A stretch of 32,000 nt of DNA from Schaalia odontolytica. GTDB lineage: Bacteria > Actinomycetota > Actinomycetes > Actinomycetales > Actinomycetaceae. The position numbers were made by a program, and so were the translations under genes. The notes beneath the pieces were generated by a model. The model did no database searches and was not told the origin of the DNA. It worked only from the letters and a program-made list of their open reading frames with translations. Where the stretch lies: assembly GCF_005696695.1 (NCBI RefSeq), contig NZ_CP040006.1:1-32000 (forward strand). Direction: 5' to 3'. Positions 19,801 to 26,845 of the stretch are shown here, one piece after another. The stretch's first letter is position 1. The number at the start of each line of letters is the position of its first letter.

Positions 19801-22800
19801 TCGACGGCACCACGTGGACGATCGGCGACATGCTCGCCGGCGAATACGCCTCGCTCTTCGTGACCGTCACGCTGGACGCCGGCACCGACGGCAAGACCCT
19901 CAACAACACGGCCGCCTTCGTGAACCCGCCCGAGTACGACCTCGTGCCCGGCAACAACTCCTCCTCGGCGTCCATCACCGTCAAGCATCGCCTCTCCGGC
20001 AAGGTGTACTACGACGCGAACGAGTCCTCCTCCTTCGACAACGGTGAGGACCCCTTCAAGGACATCACGGTCGAGCTGGTCGGTGCCGACGGTAACGTCG
20101 TCGCCACCACCAAGACCGACGCGGACGGCAACTACTCCTTCACCGGCCTTGACGCCGGAACCTACACGGTCAAGGTCACCAAGGCCGGCGAGATCGCCGA
20201 GCTGACCCAGACCGAGGATCCGGACGGCACGAAGGACAACGCCTCCGGCGCGATCACGCTCAACGCCGACAACCCGGTCCGCGAGAACGTCAACTTCGGC
20301 TACATCAAGAAGCACGCGATCTCCGGCAACGTCTACCTCGATCAGAACCGCGATAAGACGAAGAACACGGGCGATATCGACCTGTCCGGTGTCACCGTGA
20401 AGCTGCTCGACAAGGACGGCAACGTCGTGGGTACCACCACGACCGACAAGGACGGCAACTACTCCTTCACCGGCCTCAGCGACGGCACCTACACCGTCCA
20501 GGTCGACAAGACCGGCCCGCTGGCGGACAAGGAGCAGACCGAGGATCCCTCCGGTAAGACGGACTCGCGTTCGCAGGCCATTACCTTCACGCGCAGCGAC
20601 CCGGACGTCACCAACGTCAACTTCGGCTACGCCGAGGACTACACGGTCTCCGGCACTGTGTACTACGACAAGGACCGCTCCGAGTCCCTCAACAACTCCG
20701 AGCCCGGCTTCGACGGCATCACCGTGAACCTGCTCGGCGAGGACGGCTCGGTCGTCGCGACGACCACGACGAAGGCAGACGGCACGTACTCCTTCTCCAA
20801 GCTGCCCGCCGGCAAGTACACCGTCAAGGTGGAGCCCTCCGACCTCCTCAAGAAGCTCGAGCAGACCGAGGACCCGGACGGCACCAAGGACCACACCTCC
20901 GGCGTCGTCCAGGTGAACCACGACAACCCCTCCGTGAAGAACGTGAACTTCGGTTACGCCACGAACTACACGATCAAGGGCACCGTCTACCGTGACGCCG
21001 ACCGCTCCGAGTCCCTCGAGAACGGCGAGAAGCTCTACCAGGGTGTGACCGTCGACCTTCTCGACACGGACGGTAACGTCGTGGCCACCACGACCACCGA
21101 CGCCAAGGGCGCCTACGCGTTCACCAACCTCGAGGAAGGCACCTACAAGGTCCGCGTCCACAAGGAAGGCCCCATCGCCGACCTCGTCCAGACCGAGGAC
21201 CCCGACGCCACCAAGGACAACACCTCCGGTGACATCACCCTCGAGCTGAACGACCCGATCAAGGAGAACGTCAACTTCGGGTACATCTCGAACAACTCGA
21301 TCTCCGGCACGGTCTACCGCGACGACAACCGCTCCAACTCCCTCAACGGGGGAGAGGCCGGCTACCCCGAGCAGACGGTCCAGCTCCTCGATAAGGACGG
21401 ACAGGTCATCGCGACCACCAAGACCGACGCCAACGGCAACTACTCCTTCGACAACCTGCCCGACGGCACCTACTCCGTCAAGGTCGTCAAGGACGGTGCC
21501 CTCACCGACCTCGAGCAGACCGAGGACCCGGACGGCACCAAGGACAGCGCCTCCGAGCCCATCGTCCTGAACGAGGACAACCCCACGAAGAAGAACGTCA
21601 ACTTCGGCTACGTGCCCGACTACTTCATCAAGGGCACCATCTACCGTGACGGCAACCGCTCCGGCGCGCTGGACACGGATGAGAAGCTCTACGAGGGCGT
21701 GACGGTCAACCTGGTCGACGCCGACGGCAACGTCGTCGCCACCACCACGACCGACGAGAAGGGCAACTACTCCTTCGACAAGCTCCCCGCGGGCACCTAC
21801 TCCGTCAAGGTCGTTCAGGATGGCCCCATCGCCGGCCTCGAGCAGACCGGCGACCCGGACGCCACGAAGGACAACGCCTCCGAGCCCATCACGCTGAACA
21901 ACGACAACCCGTCCAAGACGGACGTCAACTTCGGCTACGTGAACAACAACTCCCTGTCGGGCACCGTCTACCGCGATGACTCGCGCAACGGCGACCAGGA
22001 CGGCACCGAGCCCGGATACTCCGGCGTGACGGTCCAGCTCCTCGACAAGGACGGCAACGTCGTGGGTACCACGACGACCGACAAGGACGGCAAGTACTCC
22101 TTCGAGCACCTGCCCGACGGCACCTACTCCGTCAAGGTCGTCAAGGACGGCGAGCTCGCCGACACCGAGCAGACCGAGGACCCGGACGCGAACAAGGACA
22201 ACGCCTCCGAACCGGTGACCCTGGGCGAGGACAACCCCTCCAAGGACAACATCGACTTCGGATACGTTCCCGACTACTCGATCCACGGCCTCGTCTACCG
22301 AGACGGTGACCGCTCCGAGTCGCACGGCGCGACCGAGAAGGGCTACGCCAACCAGACCGTCGAGCTGCGCGACAAGGACGGCAAGGTCGTCGCGACCACC
22401 ACGACGGACGAGAACGGCGCCTACTCCTTCGAGAAGCTGCCCGCCGGCGACTACACCGTCAAGGTCGTCAAGGACGGTGCCCTCACCGACCTCGACCAGA
22501 CGGAGGACCCGGACTCCACCAAGGACTCCACCTCCGGCGTCATCTCGCTGAGCAACGACCACCGCACCGAAACGGACGTCAACTTCGGCTACATTGCCAA
22601 CAACTCCATCAACGGCACCATCTACCGTGACGGTGACCGCGATGGAAAGAAGGGCGACACCGAAGGACGCTACTCCGGCGTGACGGTCCAGCTCCTCGAC
22701 AAGGACGGTAAGGTCATCGCCACCACGACGACCGACAAGGACGGCAAGTACTCCTTCGAGCACCTGCCCGACGGCACCTACTCCGTCAAGGTCGTCAAGG

Positions 22801-23714
22801 ACGGTGCCCTCACCGACACCGACCAGACCGGCGACCCCGACAACAAGCTGGACAACGCGTCCGAGCCGATCACCCTCGACGAGAAGAACCCCACCAAGGG
22901 TGACGTCGACTTCGGCTACGTCCCGAACAACACCATCAAGGGCACCGTCTACCGCGACGACAACCGCGACAAGACGATCGACGGTGACGAGCCCGGCCTC
23001 GAGCGTGTGAGCGTCCAGCTCCTCGACGAGGACGGCAAGGTCCTCCAGACCCTCGACACCGACGCGGACGGCAACTACGCCTTCCAGCACCTGCCCGACG
23101 GCAAGTACACCGTCAAGGTCGTGCGCTCCTCGTCCATCAAGGACTACGACCAGACCGAGGACCCCGACGCCACCGTCGACGACACCTCCGCGGTGTACAC
23201 GATGGGCCCGGAGAACTCCCTGCAGGAAAAGGTCAACTTCGGCTACGTCCCGGACTACTCGATCGCCGGTCGCGTCTACCGCGACTCCGACAAGTCCGGC
23301 TCCTACACCGACGGTGAAGAGACCTTCTCCGGCGTGACGGTCGACCTGCTCGACAAGGACGGCAACGTCGTGGCCACCACGACGACCGACAAGGACGGCA
23401 ACTACTCCTTCGAGAAGCTGCCCGCCGGCACCTACCGCGTCAAGGTCCACCCGGACGGCGACCTCGCCGGCCTCGACCAGACCGAGGACCCGGACGGCAT
23501 CGCCGACTCCATGTCCGGTGAGATCACGATCGGCTTCGACAACCAGAAGGTCACCGGCGTGAACTTCGGTTACGTCGCGCCCGACGTCCCGGCCACCAAG
23601 CCGAAGAAGGGCCTCGCCCGCACCGGCTTCGACGGCCTGATCGGCGGGGCTGGCCTGGGAGCGGCCGTCGTTGGCGGCATGTTCCTGTGGATGCGTCGCC
23701 GTCGCCAGGACTGA
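16857..23714 (+). CDS. cell-wall-anchored surface adhesin: DUF11/Ig-like N-terminal region, 11 SdrD B-like (Cna-B type) repeats and an LAxTG sorting signal
   Basis: 2285 aa, GTG start with AGGAGAAGG RBS. Signal peptide (..LVMLGVTTLPTYAAAP). DUF11-type segments, e.g. LNKTVVSDASNLKPGDQVTYRIDAGNIGQGKAPDLKVKEAFPAGTTFVSA. C-terminal LARTG (23613-23627), then a hydrophobic helix and RRRRQD tail. Confidence 0.94.
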   Translation: MHINHTWSKASKPAQLLAMLVTTALVMLGVTTLPTYAAAPTLKLAITPDETSYLSGVEQRYVVEFACASTTEDCLDSVVTITLPHTVTPAGNSNLDSAPEGVNATATAGKKVVTPTIKAPTANADGLVTYNLGTVAAGSSFQTVLTFTAPRGVTPGGSTVTPVATFTSGESKETSQATVTIKSEPTPLLSKTGPVATPKNVDVTYQITPKYDTNVDGLNGKSNMTDVVITDPLPACAKYVSSSASGNTKTNTAATVESSYDAATHTVTWNVGDVNPAFMNIVLSVTVHYDDTCTDETVTNTAKLTGKEMHNETNVVTADASFTHRFDSEIRYGGGFNKRAMSQFERGKQGNWLYSYSNNSNVPVVMEYTDYMTCGLVSPTDGSKDCDKPLMRVKTIDTQTTTPIEITYWTNKGNTGTQTVYRGKAFDFSSFAADEYLTVFHYKQTIPAGESSILNVAGPVGAGTPTTEDGTTYVQADTNSAAWKAGKSDQYVRVQNCVSDWSMKSLDGSRSIQIPADDYCDILTLGTALPKYYNAKSTIKGNLASPGSEVTFSVTANNTSTVVDSQPVISDLLPCGMTFVEDSVTGGPAGKEKTVTVRDVTDATGCTRQLVQVTWPGYQTKGGTTIQLRGKVGPSMSAGTHKNEAYISAAEPEYALTSKKTTICFYGSTDDTYDVNGDGNTADQVCPVSSTFTVSEQAGADVVLESLGSVEGSTYKKYTDGVSMIRQGEDGQYRITPTNSGNADLSDMTVYGILPHVGDTAIQGSDSRGSEWAPILTGPLQVGAGSGIDPSQVTIEYSTSYNPCRGEVMKQGDAMAAGPAGCDNNWTATPASWADVKSYRIYINGKATPIKAGASIPIIAPIKAPDNATGIAYESVAIAATQASNNRAILPAEPIKVAMALALDVALNKTVVSDASNLKPGDQVTYRIDAGNIGQGKAPDLKVKEAFPAGTTFVSAETHKCASGYTTGLPQECKGTDEAGTFDGTTWTIGDMLAGEYASLFVTVTLDAGTDGKTLNNTAAFVNPPEYDLVPGNNSSSASITVKHRLSGKVYYDANESSSFDNGEDPFKDITVELVGADGNVVATTKTDADGNYSFTGLDAGTYTVKVTKAGEIAELTQTEDPDGTKDNASGAITLNADNPVRENVNFGYIKKHAISGNVYLDQNRDKTKNTGDIDLSGVTVKLLDKDGNVVGTTTTDKDGNYSFTGLSDGTYTVQVDKTGPLADKEQTEDPSGKTDSRSQAITFTRSDPDVTNVNFGYAEDYTVSGTVYYDKDRSESLNNSEPGFDGITVNLLGEDGSVVATTTTKADGTYSFSKLPAGKYTVKVEPSDLLKKLEQTEDPDGTKDHTSGVVQVNHDNPSVKNVNFGYATNYTIKGTVYRDADRSESLENGEKLYQGVTVDLLDTDGNVVATTTTDAKGAYAFTNLEEGTYKVRVHKEGPIADLVQTEDPDATKDNTSGDITLELNDPIKENVNFGYISNNSISGTVYRDDNRSNSLNGGEAGYPEQTVQLLDKDGQVIATTKTDANGNYSFDNLPDGTYSVKVVKDGALTDLEQTEDPDGTKDSASEPIVLNEDNPTKKNVNFGYVPDYFIKGTIYRDGNRSGALDTDEKLYEGVTVNLVDADGNVVATTTTDEKGNYSFDKLPAGTYSVKVVQDGPIAGLEQTGDPDATKDNASEPITLNNDNPSKTDVNFGYVNNNSLSGTVYRDDSRNGDQDGTEPGYSGVTVQLLDKDGNVVGTTTTDKDGKYSFEHLPDGTYSVKVVKDGELADTEQTEDPDANKDNASEPVTLGEDNPSKDNIDFGYVPDYSIHGLVYRDGDRSESHGATEKGYANQTVELRDKDGKVVATTTTDENGAYSFEKLPAGDYTVKVVKDGALTDLDQTEDPDSTKDSTSGVISLSNDHRTETDVNFGYIANNSINGTIYRDGDRDGKKGDTEGRYSGVTVQLLDKDGKVIATTTTDKDGKYSFEHLPDGTYSVKVVKDGALTDTDQTGDPDNKLDNASEPITLDEKNPTKGDVDFGYVPNNTIKGTVYRDDNRDKTIDGDEPGLERVSVQLLDEDGKVLQTLDTDADGNYAFQHLPDGKYTVKVVRSSSIKDYDQTEDPDATVDDTSAVYTMGPENSLQEKVNFGYVPDYSIAGRVYRDSDKSGSYTDGEETFSGVTVDLLDKDGNVVATTTTDKDGNYSFEKLPAGTYRVKVHPDGDLAGLDQTEDPDGIADSMSGEITIGFDNQKVTGVNFGYVAPDVPATKPKKGLARTGFDGLIGGAGLGAAVVGGMFLWMRRRRQD
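19992..23576 (+). repeat. 11 tandem in-frame repeats of about 327 bp (109 aa) encoding SdrD B-like domains
   Basis: Each unit reads xSGxVYxDxxR..GxxGVTVxLLDxDGNVVATTTTDxDGNYSFxxLPxGTYxVKVxxxGxLxxLxQTEDPDxTKDNxS..NPxxxNVNFGY. There are 11 (N/D)FGY unit ends. Confidence 0.92.
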
Positions 23715-23762
23715 GGATCATTCGGCCTGAGCCTCGACGAGGCAGTGGCTGAGTGAGCCGAC

Positions 23763-23794
23763 AAGGGGCGGGTACTTCGGTACCCGCCCCTTTG
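23763..23794 (+). terminator. intrinsic terminator of the adhesin gene
   Basis: AAGGGGCGGGTAC-TTCG-GTACCCGCCCCTT then TG. Perfect 13-bp stem, UUCG loop, short T-run, 49 nt after the stop. Confidence 0.7.
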
Positions 23795-23952
23795 GCGTAC
23801 CTGGGTGGTCGTGTGATGTACCCGGGCGGTTGTGTGGGCCGGGCTACTTGTGGCCTCACGGGTGTTCCGGGTGCCGTCGGGCCCGGCCGCTGTGTGTTCC
23901 GGTGGGCGGCGGCCCGCCCGCTCGCCGTCCGCGCCGCGAGCTTCGCTCGGCG

Positions 23953-24148
23953 CGTCGCCTCGAAGCCCGGCCAGGCCCCGCCACCGCCCACCGGCACCGC
24001 GGCAGATCCCTCCGGCGCCCTCCACACCAGTGGTGCCGGGTGTGTTGATGGGCACGGCGCGTCGTCTCGAAGCCCGGCCAGGCCCCGCCACCGCCCACCG
24101 GCACCGCGGCCAGGCCCTGCCGCCATCCACCGGTGTGGCCGGTGACTC
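23953..24148. repeat. module 1 (locus B): two 107-bp tandem units
   Basis: CGTCG(C/T)CTCGAAGCCCGGCCAGGCCCCGCCACCGCCCACCGGCACCGCGGC starts at 23953 and 24060. Preceded by the same hairpin-containing lead-in CCGCGCCGCGAGCTTCGCTCGGCG as locus A. Confidence 0.9.
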
Positions 24149-24150
24149 TC

Positions 24151-24316
24151 GTGAAACCGTCATCACCTTTGCTGGCGCGTGCTCTGTCTCCAGTGAAACC
24201 GACGGCACCATTGCTCGACAGAAACACCCGTTTTTGATGCTATGTCTTCGAGCAAAGGCGTCGTGGGTTTCATGGTGGCATCATGAGGCTCCAGCATTGG
24301 TGCCCGCGGTTTCACA
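24151..24316. repeat. module 2 (locus B): 2 forward plus 2 reverse TGAAACC-type units, 42-bp phased
   Basis: TGAAACC at 24152 and 24194. GGTTTCA at 24266 and 24308. Centre GAAACACCCGTTTTTGATGC. Confidence 0.85.
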
Positions 24317-24339
24317 CAACGGCAGGGCGAGCAGTTTCG

Positions 24340-24462
24340 GCGCGAAAAAGTTCGCCCTGCTCGGCCTGGTGTGGGCGTAAGCGCGAAAAAGTTCGCCCAG
24401 CATACGAAAAATGGCCCAAAAATGGTGTTATATGGCGTGCTGGGCGAGTTTTTTCGCGGGCG
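24340..24462. repeat. module 3 (locus B): 2 forward plus 1 reverse TTCGCCCAGC-type units
   Basis: AGTTCGCC at 24349 and 24390. 21-nt inverted repeat CGCGAAAAAGTTCGCCCAGCA (24382-24402) / TGCTGGGCGAGTTTTTTCGCG (24438-24458), 19 of 21 complementary. 35-nt A-tract spacer. Confidence 0.88.
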
Positions 24463-24647
24463 TGAGCTCGAAGGCCTCGTGTGGGTGGCAGGTGGTCAGT
24501 CTCCAGTGTTCAAGCCACCGCGGCACCCGGTGTGACTGGTGTTGTGGGTGCCTGGGGGATGTCGCGAAGGTGGGCAGGAAGCTGTTGCAAACGCAAACCT
24601 GTGAGGATGAAGCCGATGACGCCGCGTCCAACGATCTGCATACAGAA

Positions 24648-24673
24648 GCGCCCGGGGCCGTGGCCCCGGGCGC
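24648..24673 (-). terminator. terminator of the minus-strand murJ-trxB-PAP2 operon
   Basis: GCGCCCGGGGCC-GT-GGCCCCGGGCGC, a perfect 12-nt inverted repeat 27 nt downstream of the PAP2 stop. On the minus strand it is followed by TTCTGTAT. Confidence 0.6.
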
Positions 24674-24699
24674 TCCCGGCAACAACTGAGCTCCGATAA

Positions 24700-25341
24700 C
24701 TAGCGGAACAACTTTAGGGCGTTAGGCCCAATCATGAACGGCGCCAAGATCATCGACGAGCCCAGACCCACGCTGAAGCCGGCGATCACGTCGGTCACCC
24801 AGTGGACGCCCAGGTACAGGCGAGTCACGCAGATGAAGACGATGAGCGTCAGCGCCGCGGCCCACAGCAGGTAGCGCAGACGGCGACCGACGCGCGTCGT
24901 CGTCAGGACCAGCACCAGGGACACGAACAGCGCAGTCACGGCCGTCGCGTGACCCGACGGGAACGAATAGCCGTCCTCGGTGATCAGGCGTAGCGCCTCC
25001 TCGGGGCGAGGACGCTCGTACAGGTGCTTGATGATGTAGCTGTTTGCGGCCGAGAACACGACGGAACACAGGATGTACAGGGCGTTCATGACCTTCTTGA
25101 TGAACCACCACACGGCGCCCGCCACGACCAGCGCCACGACGACCGCGCGCTTGGGGTCGAACAGCCACGAGGCGCCCGTCATGAAGGAGTTCATCGCCGG
25201 CGTGCGCGACGCGACGAAGTCAGACCACACCGTGGTGTCGATCGACAGGGGACTCGTGATGAATCCGCCCGCGACGGCGACAGCAGCGACGAGGAGAACC
25301 CCGATGATCACGGGGGGAGTCAGGAGGCGACGAGCAATCAT
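24700..25341 (-). CDS. PAP2 superfamily phosphatase (membrane lipid-phosphate / polyprenyl-diphosphate phosphatase type)
   Basis: 213 aa with multiple TM helices. The three PAP2 motifs are KHLYERPRP, SFPSGHA and TRLYLGVHWVTDV. Confidence 0.9.
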   Translation of the reverse strand: MIARRLLTPPVIIGVLLVAAVAVAGGFITSPLSIDTTVWSDFVASRTPAMNSFMTGASWLFDPKRAVVVALVVAGAVWWFIKKVMNALYILCSVVFSAANSYIIKHLYERPRPEEALRLITEDGYSFPSGHATAVTALFVSLVLVLTTTRVGRRLRYLLWAAALTLIVFICVTRLYLGVHWVTDVIAGFSVGLGSSMILAPFMIGPNALKLFR

Positions 25342-25361
25342 AGTGAAATCCTACCGTAGTG

Positions 25362-25793
25362 TCAGTCGTTGGCGCCGTACTCGTACATCCAGCGCCCGGC
25401 CCGGCGTGAGAAGCGCGAATGCTCCCGCATCTGCCCGGATTCGCCAGTCGATGTGTCCCGCCACGAGGCCACGAACGTCACGGTGCCCTCCTCGTCGGAA
25501 GGACCCCCGGCCTCGGCCCCCAGGATCTGCAGACCCGTCCACTGCGTCCCCTCCACCCAGTAGGGGGGAGCGGGGCGCGTGCGCGGGTGCCACGTGCGGA
25601 ACAGGTAGTCCTCGTCGCGCAGCGCGAACGCCGTGTAGCGCGACCGCATGAGCGCCTCAGCGGTCGGAGCTAACTCGCCGTCCAGGTAGCGCCCGCAGCA
25701 CTGCGCCAGCATCGCCCCCGACCCGCACGGGCAGGTACGAGGCCGGGGCGCGCCAGCGCTCGCAGCGCCGGGGGCAGCGGGGGAGGAGGTCAC
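25362..25793 (-). CDS. ychJ: YchJ family (UPF0225) SEC-C motif protein
   Basis: 143 aa. CPCGSG metal-binding SEC-C motif, then YchJ-type core [21 protein letters not shown]. The GTG start overlaps the trxB stop (GTGA). Confidence 0.85.
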   Translation of the reverse strand: MTSSPAAPGAASAGAPRPRTCPCGSGAMLAQCCGRYLDGELAPTAEALMRSRYTAFALRDEDYLFRTWHPRTRPAPPYWVEGTQWTGLQILGAEAGGPSDEEGTVTFVASWRDTSTGESGQMREHSRFSRRAGRWMYEYGAND

Positions 25794-26827
25794 GCCTGGT
25801 CGCCCAGGGAGGCCAGCCAGCGCTCCGCATCCAGGGCCGCACGGCAGCCGGAGCCGGCCGCCGTGATGGCCTGGCGGTACGTGTGGTCTACGGCGTCACC
25901 GCAGGCGAAGACGCCCGCGACGGACGTGCGCGTCGACGGCTCGTCGACCGTGATGTAGCCGGCCTCGTCGAGGGCGACCTGGCCACGCAGGAAACCCGTG
26001 CGGGGCAGGTGACCGATCGCGACGAACACGCCGTCCACGGCGATCTCACGCGTGGAACCGTCCACCGTGGAGGCGAGGCGCAGGCCGGTCACGGCCTCGT
26101 CGCCCAGGACCTCCTCGACGGTCGCGTTCCACTCGAAGGAGATCTTCGGGTTGTTCAGGGCGCGCTCGGCCATGACGCGCGAGGCGCGCAGGGTGTCGCG
26201 ACGGTGCACGACGACGACCTCGGACGCGAAGTTCGTCAGGAAGGTGGCCTCCTCCATCGCGGAGTCGCCGCCGCCGATGACGGCCAGGCGACGATCCTTG
26301 AAGAAGAAGCCGTCGCAGGTTGCGCAGTAGGAGACGCCGCGGCCGGAGAACTCGTCCTCGCCGGGCACGTTCATGTGACGGTACTCCGAGCCGGTGGCCA
26401 GGATGACGGCGCGCGCGTAGAAGACCTCGTCCTCGGTCGCCACGGCCTTCACGTCGCCCTCGAGGTTAACGGCGATGACGTCCTCGTAGCGAACGTCCGC
26501 GCCGAACTTCTCGGCCTGCTCGCGCATGTTGTCCATGAGCTCGGGGCCCTGAATGCCCTCCGGGAAACCGGGGAAGTTCTCGACCTCGGTCGTGTTCATC
26601 AGCGCGCCACCCGCGGCCAGCTGACCGGCCAGCACGATGGGGGCGAGGCCGGCGCGGGCCGTGTAGACCGCGGCCGTGTAGCCGGCCGGACCCGAGCCGA
26701 CGATGACAACGTCGTGGACGGTGGCGCCCTCGGGCACCTGCGCCGACGGGATCTGCACCTCGGCGGTCTCAGCGGTGGTATCGGTGGATTCGGCCGTCAC
26801 CAGGCCCGGAATCGTCACGAAAGACAT
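25790..26827 (-). CDS. trxB: thioredoxin-disulfide reductase
   Basis: 345 aa, AGGAGG RBS. FAD motif [13 protein letters not shown], redox-active CATCDG, NADPH motif [10 protein letters not shown]. Roughly 35-aa N-terminal extension. Confidence 0.96.
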   Translation of the reverse strand: MSFVTIPGLVTAESTDTTAETAEVQIPSAQVPEGATVHDVVIVGSGPAGYTAAVYTARAGLAPIVLAGQLAAGGALMNTTEVENFPGFPEGIQGPELMDNMREQAEKFGADVRYEDVIAVNLEGDVKAVATEDEVFYARAVILATGSEYRHMNVPGEDEFSGRGVSYCATCDGFFFKDRRLAVIGGGDSAMEEATFLTNFASEVVVVHRRDTLRASRVMAERALNNPKISFEWNATVEEVLGDEAVTGLRLASTVDGSTREIAVDGVFVAIGHLPRTGFLRGQVALDEAGYITVDEPSTRTSVAGVFACGDAVDHTYRQAITAAGSGCRAALDAERWLASLGDQA

Positions 26828-26845
26828 GCGTACCCTCCTTCAGGG

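Noticed and set aside
16611-23450. 837-aa and 1400-aa minus-strand ORFs (16611-19124, 19248-23450) opposite the adhesin gene
   Set aside because: They are antisense shadows of a repeat-rich high-GC gene. The composition is repetitive Gly/Val/Asp/Leu with no start context. The plus-strand frame has a signal peptide, domains and a sorting signal.
14578-24700. tRNA-Ala-adjacent genomic island (photolyase plus adhesin)
   Set aside because: There is no integrase or recombinase, and I could find no direct repeat of the tRNA-Ala 3' end downstream. Only the adhesin upstream region is compositionally distinct.
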